Below, in pieces: positions 27,801-28,440 of a DNA stretch of 28,440 nucleotides. This stretch comes from Polyangiales bacterium (GTDB lineage Bacteria; Myxococcota_A; Polyangia; Polyangiales; Houyiibacteriaceae), in assembly GCA_045106895.1 (NCBI GenBank), contig JBGCFM010000232.1, positions 1-28,440 of the forward strand, written 5' to 3'. Below the pieces are notes generated by a model. That model worked only from the letters and a program-made list of their open reading frames with translations. It ran no database searches and was not told where the DNA came from. The stretch's first letter is position 1. Every line of letters starts with the position of its first letter. The translations under genes were made by a program, and so were the position numbers.

Positions 27801-28440
27801 CGCTCGCGAGGGCCACGTCGAGGAGCGCATCTGTGTTGTGGCCGTAGGTCGTCACAGCGGCGAGGCGGGCCATCAAGAGCCCCGCGTCGTCCGGTGCTGA
27901 AGGAAAGGGGATGAGCTCGCCGTCCAAGAGACCGTTGAGAGCGCTTCCAAGTCCATCGAAGACTCTGTCTTGGACGTCGCGCGTCGGGTTCTTCAGCTTT
28001 TGCGCGCGGCCGCAGAAGCGACGCCACGCAGTCTCCAGCGAGACGAACTTGATCGGTTTCACGGCGCCGCGAGTAACGGGCATGTGCTTCTCGAGGCCGG
28101 CGGTGTTCGCAACGCTCTCGTCGGGCAAGTCGCTCAAGATTGGCTCGGCAGGCTCTGGGTCGGGCTCGGCAGGCTTCGTGGCGGGCTTAGTTGCAGTAGG
28201 TTTCGCGGCAGCAGGTTTCGCCGGCGCGGCGCTCTCCGAAACGAGCACATACCCCTTCTTCGTCTTCGCCCGAATGAGCTTCGCCAGTTCTTTGTCCGCC
28301 GCTTCCGGCGAGGCGAGGGTCTTCGTTTTCGACTGGCCGTCGGTGCCGATGCGGCCCCAGTTCGTCGTCAGCTCTTCGCCATCGACCGATGCGGCCCAGA
28401 ACTTGTGACTCTTGCCATCGCTCAGTTCGTATCGCGTCAT
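24856..28440 (-). CDS. WGR-domain and DUF4132-domain protein (MolR/YehI-like)
   Basis: N-terminal SHKFW...WGRIGTDGQ...KTKKGY (WGR), Pro/Ala/Lys linker, C-terminal LADRLVPDFDLD..LDFGPR..HPLLIHVVRRLVWG..QPFDQI (DUF4132). ATG falls at the window edge. Confidence 0.9.
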   Translation of the reverse strand: MTRYELSDGKSHKFWAASVDGEELTTNWGRIGTDGQSKTKTLASPEAADKELAKLIRAKTKKGYVLVSESAAPAKPAAAKPTATKPATKPAEPDPEPAEPILSDLPDESVANTAGLEKHMPVTRGAVKPIKFVSLETAWRRFCGRAQKLKNPTRDVQDRVFDGLGSALNGLLDGELIPFPSAPDDAGLLMARLAAVTTYGHNTDALLDVALASEGAVYALETVLAAMSWKGIRSVSKLERGDRGFDRFIAPQVIRLRSIACGATDEDYEAMLESAKRFEPRFFGQRAARAVVFPSEPGFLAEVISQMKTVAAGLPTPQNDQERGEQARLQEAVESAGRVLLWDVSQAEEVQLITQFTRCTPDDMLAPISRLGAKMTSMVMQCATDFEARSWVDKEAEQELAKLLIATPSDEPILWLIAHMDRPSFSQALSRAAKAYPVRVLTLLGPVATGRGKAAGIALSLVSQVLGLYPAALEVAKATWDEGTQTKINKLMEDNTTAPPADVSSLPKIFTEPRWTQKRAKSVKNKAIELAVLEHPRVFQWPEGVRERWLKNQGHEDDWQSMYAMATSSEEKARRLLQEWKPENYWPDGWEQRVIARLGQDTHRIVRSLMPMEQALAVRCALPFGDVAFAGPVADAYTRLKSARKEARAWLLHHPEVALVGLIPAVMGKGKKAAESARRAITLLVGAGHGDLLLEVAGRYGDEALARAEELSKLDALDDLPKKLPVLPTWCAGVTAPELKTGGSLPKEALNVLLTMLAISKPGDPYAGVEIAVDSLTGESLARTSWSLFEAWRLGGMDSKQGWAFHQLGLLGDDECARKLTPILRKWPGEGGHARATQGLEILAEIGSDVALMNLYAMSQKLKFKGLKKKAAEKVQEIADARGMSKLELADRLVPDFDLDRTGSMTLDFGPRRFEVAFDEQLKPVIRDESGKIRKSLPKVGAKDDADKAADATTRFKRLKKDVKAVAQMQIARLENVMCEGRTWTQDDFQSFLVDHPLLIHVVRRLVWGVIDGDEVKATFRVAEDNTFADADDETITLPEGRVGLVHLLQLSEIVAGKWGDFLSDYEVLQPFDQIARTTYALTPAEIKSKSIDRVDGRVVPTSDVMKLTKLGWQRGDPQDGGCICWMQRETSAGYFILPLDPGMIVGMPMEFPEQTLGTIQLEKSAWGNGSLPLTNASATQLSEAIRSLDPVVE

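Overview
GC-rich bacterial DNA. The Cys-rich lipoproteins with acidic DAG linkers, the RCC1/TPR proteins and the STAND regulator point to Myxococcota (inference). About 19 CDS are supported; no tRNA, rRNA, CRISPR array or transposase was seen. From left to right: a two-subunit M16 peptidase pair; two divergent [beta-helix lipoprotein <- | -> Cys-rich lipoprotein] modules that share TCAGT direct repeats and flank a STAND-ATPase/TPR/wHTH regulator; a stand-alone SIR2-helical protein with a ~270-nt hairpin-rich leader; a 14-repeat RCC1 lipoprotein; an operon of a repeat-containing secreted protein, ybaK and an ATP-grasp enzyme; a ribosome/RNA-repair locus; a TPR protein; and a WGR-DUF4132 protein. 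The best candidate for a new system is 20138-24014. An RtcR-type CARF/sigma54 activator sits divergent from rtcB2-prfH plus an uncharacterised, very basic third gene, with no rtcA. The spacer holds two tandem palindromes and a GG-N10-GC sigma54 promoter that predicts an almost leaderless rtcB2 mRNA. All family assignments come from motif recognition by eye, not from database searches.
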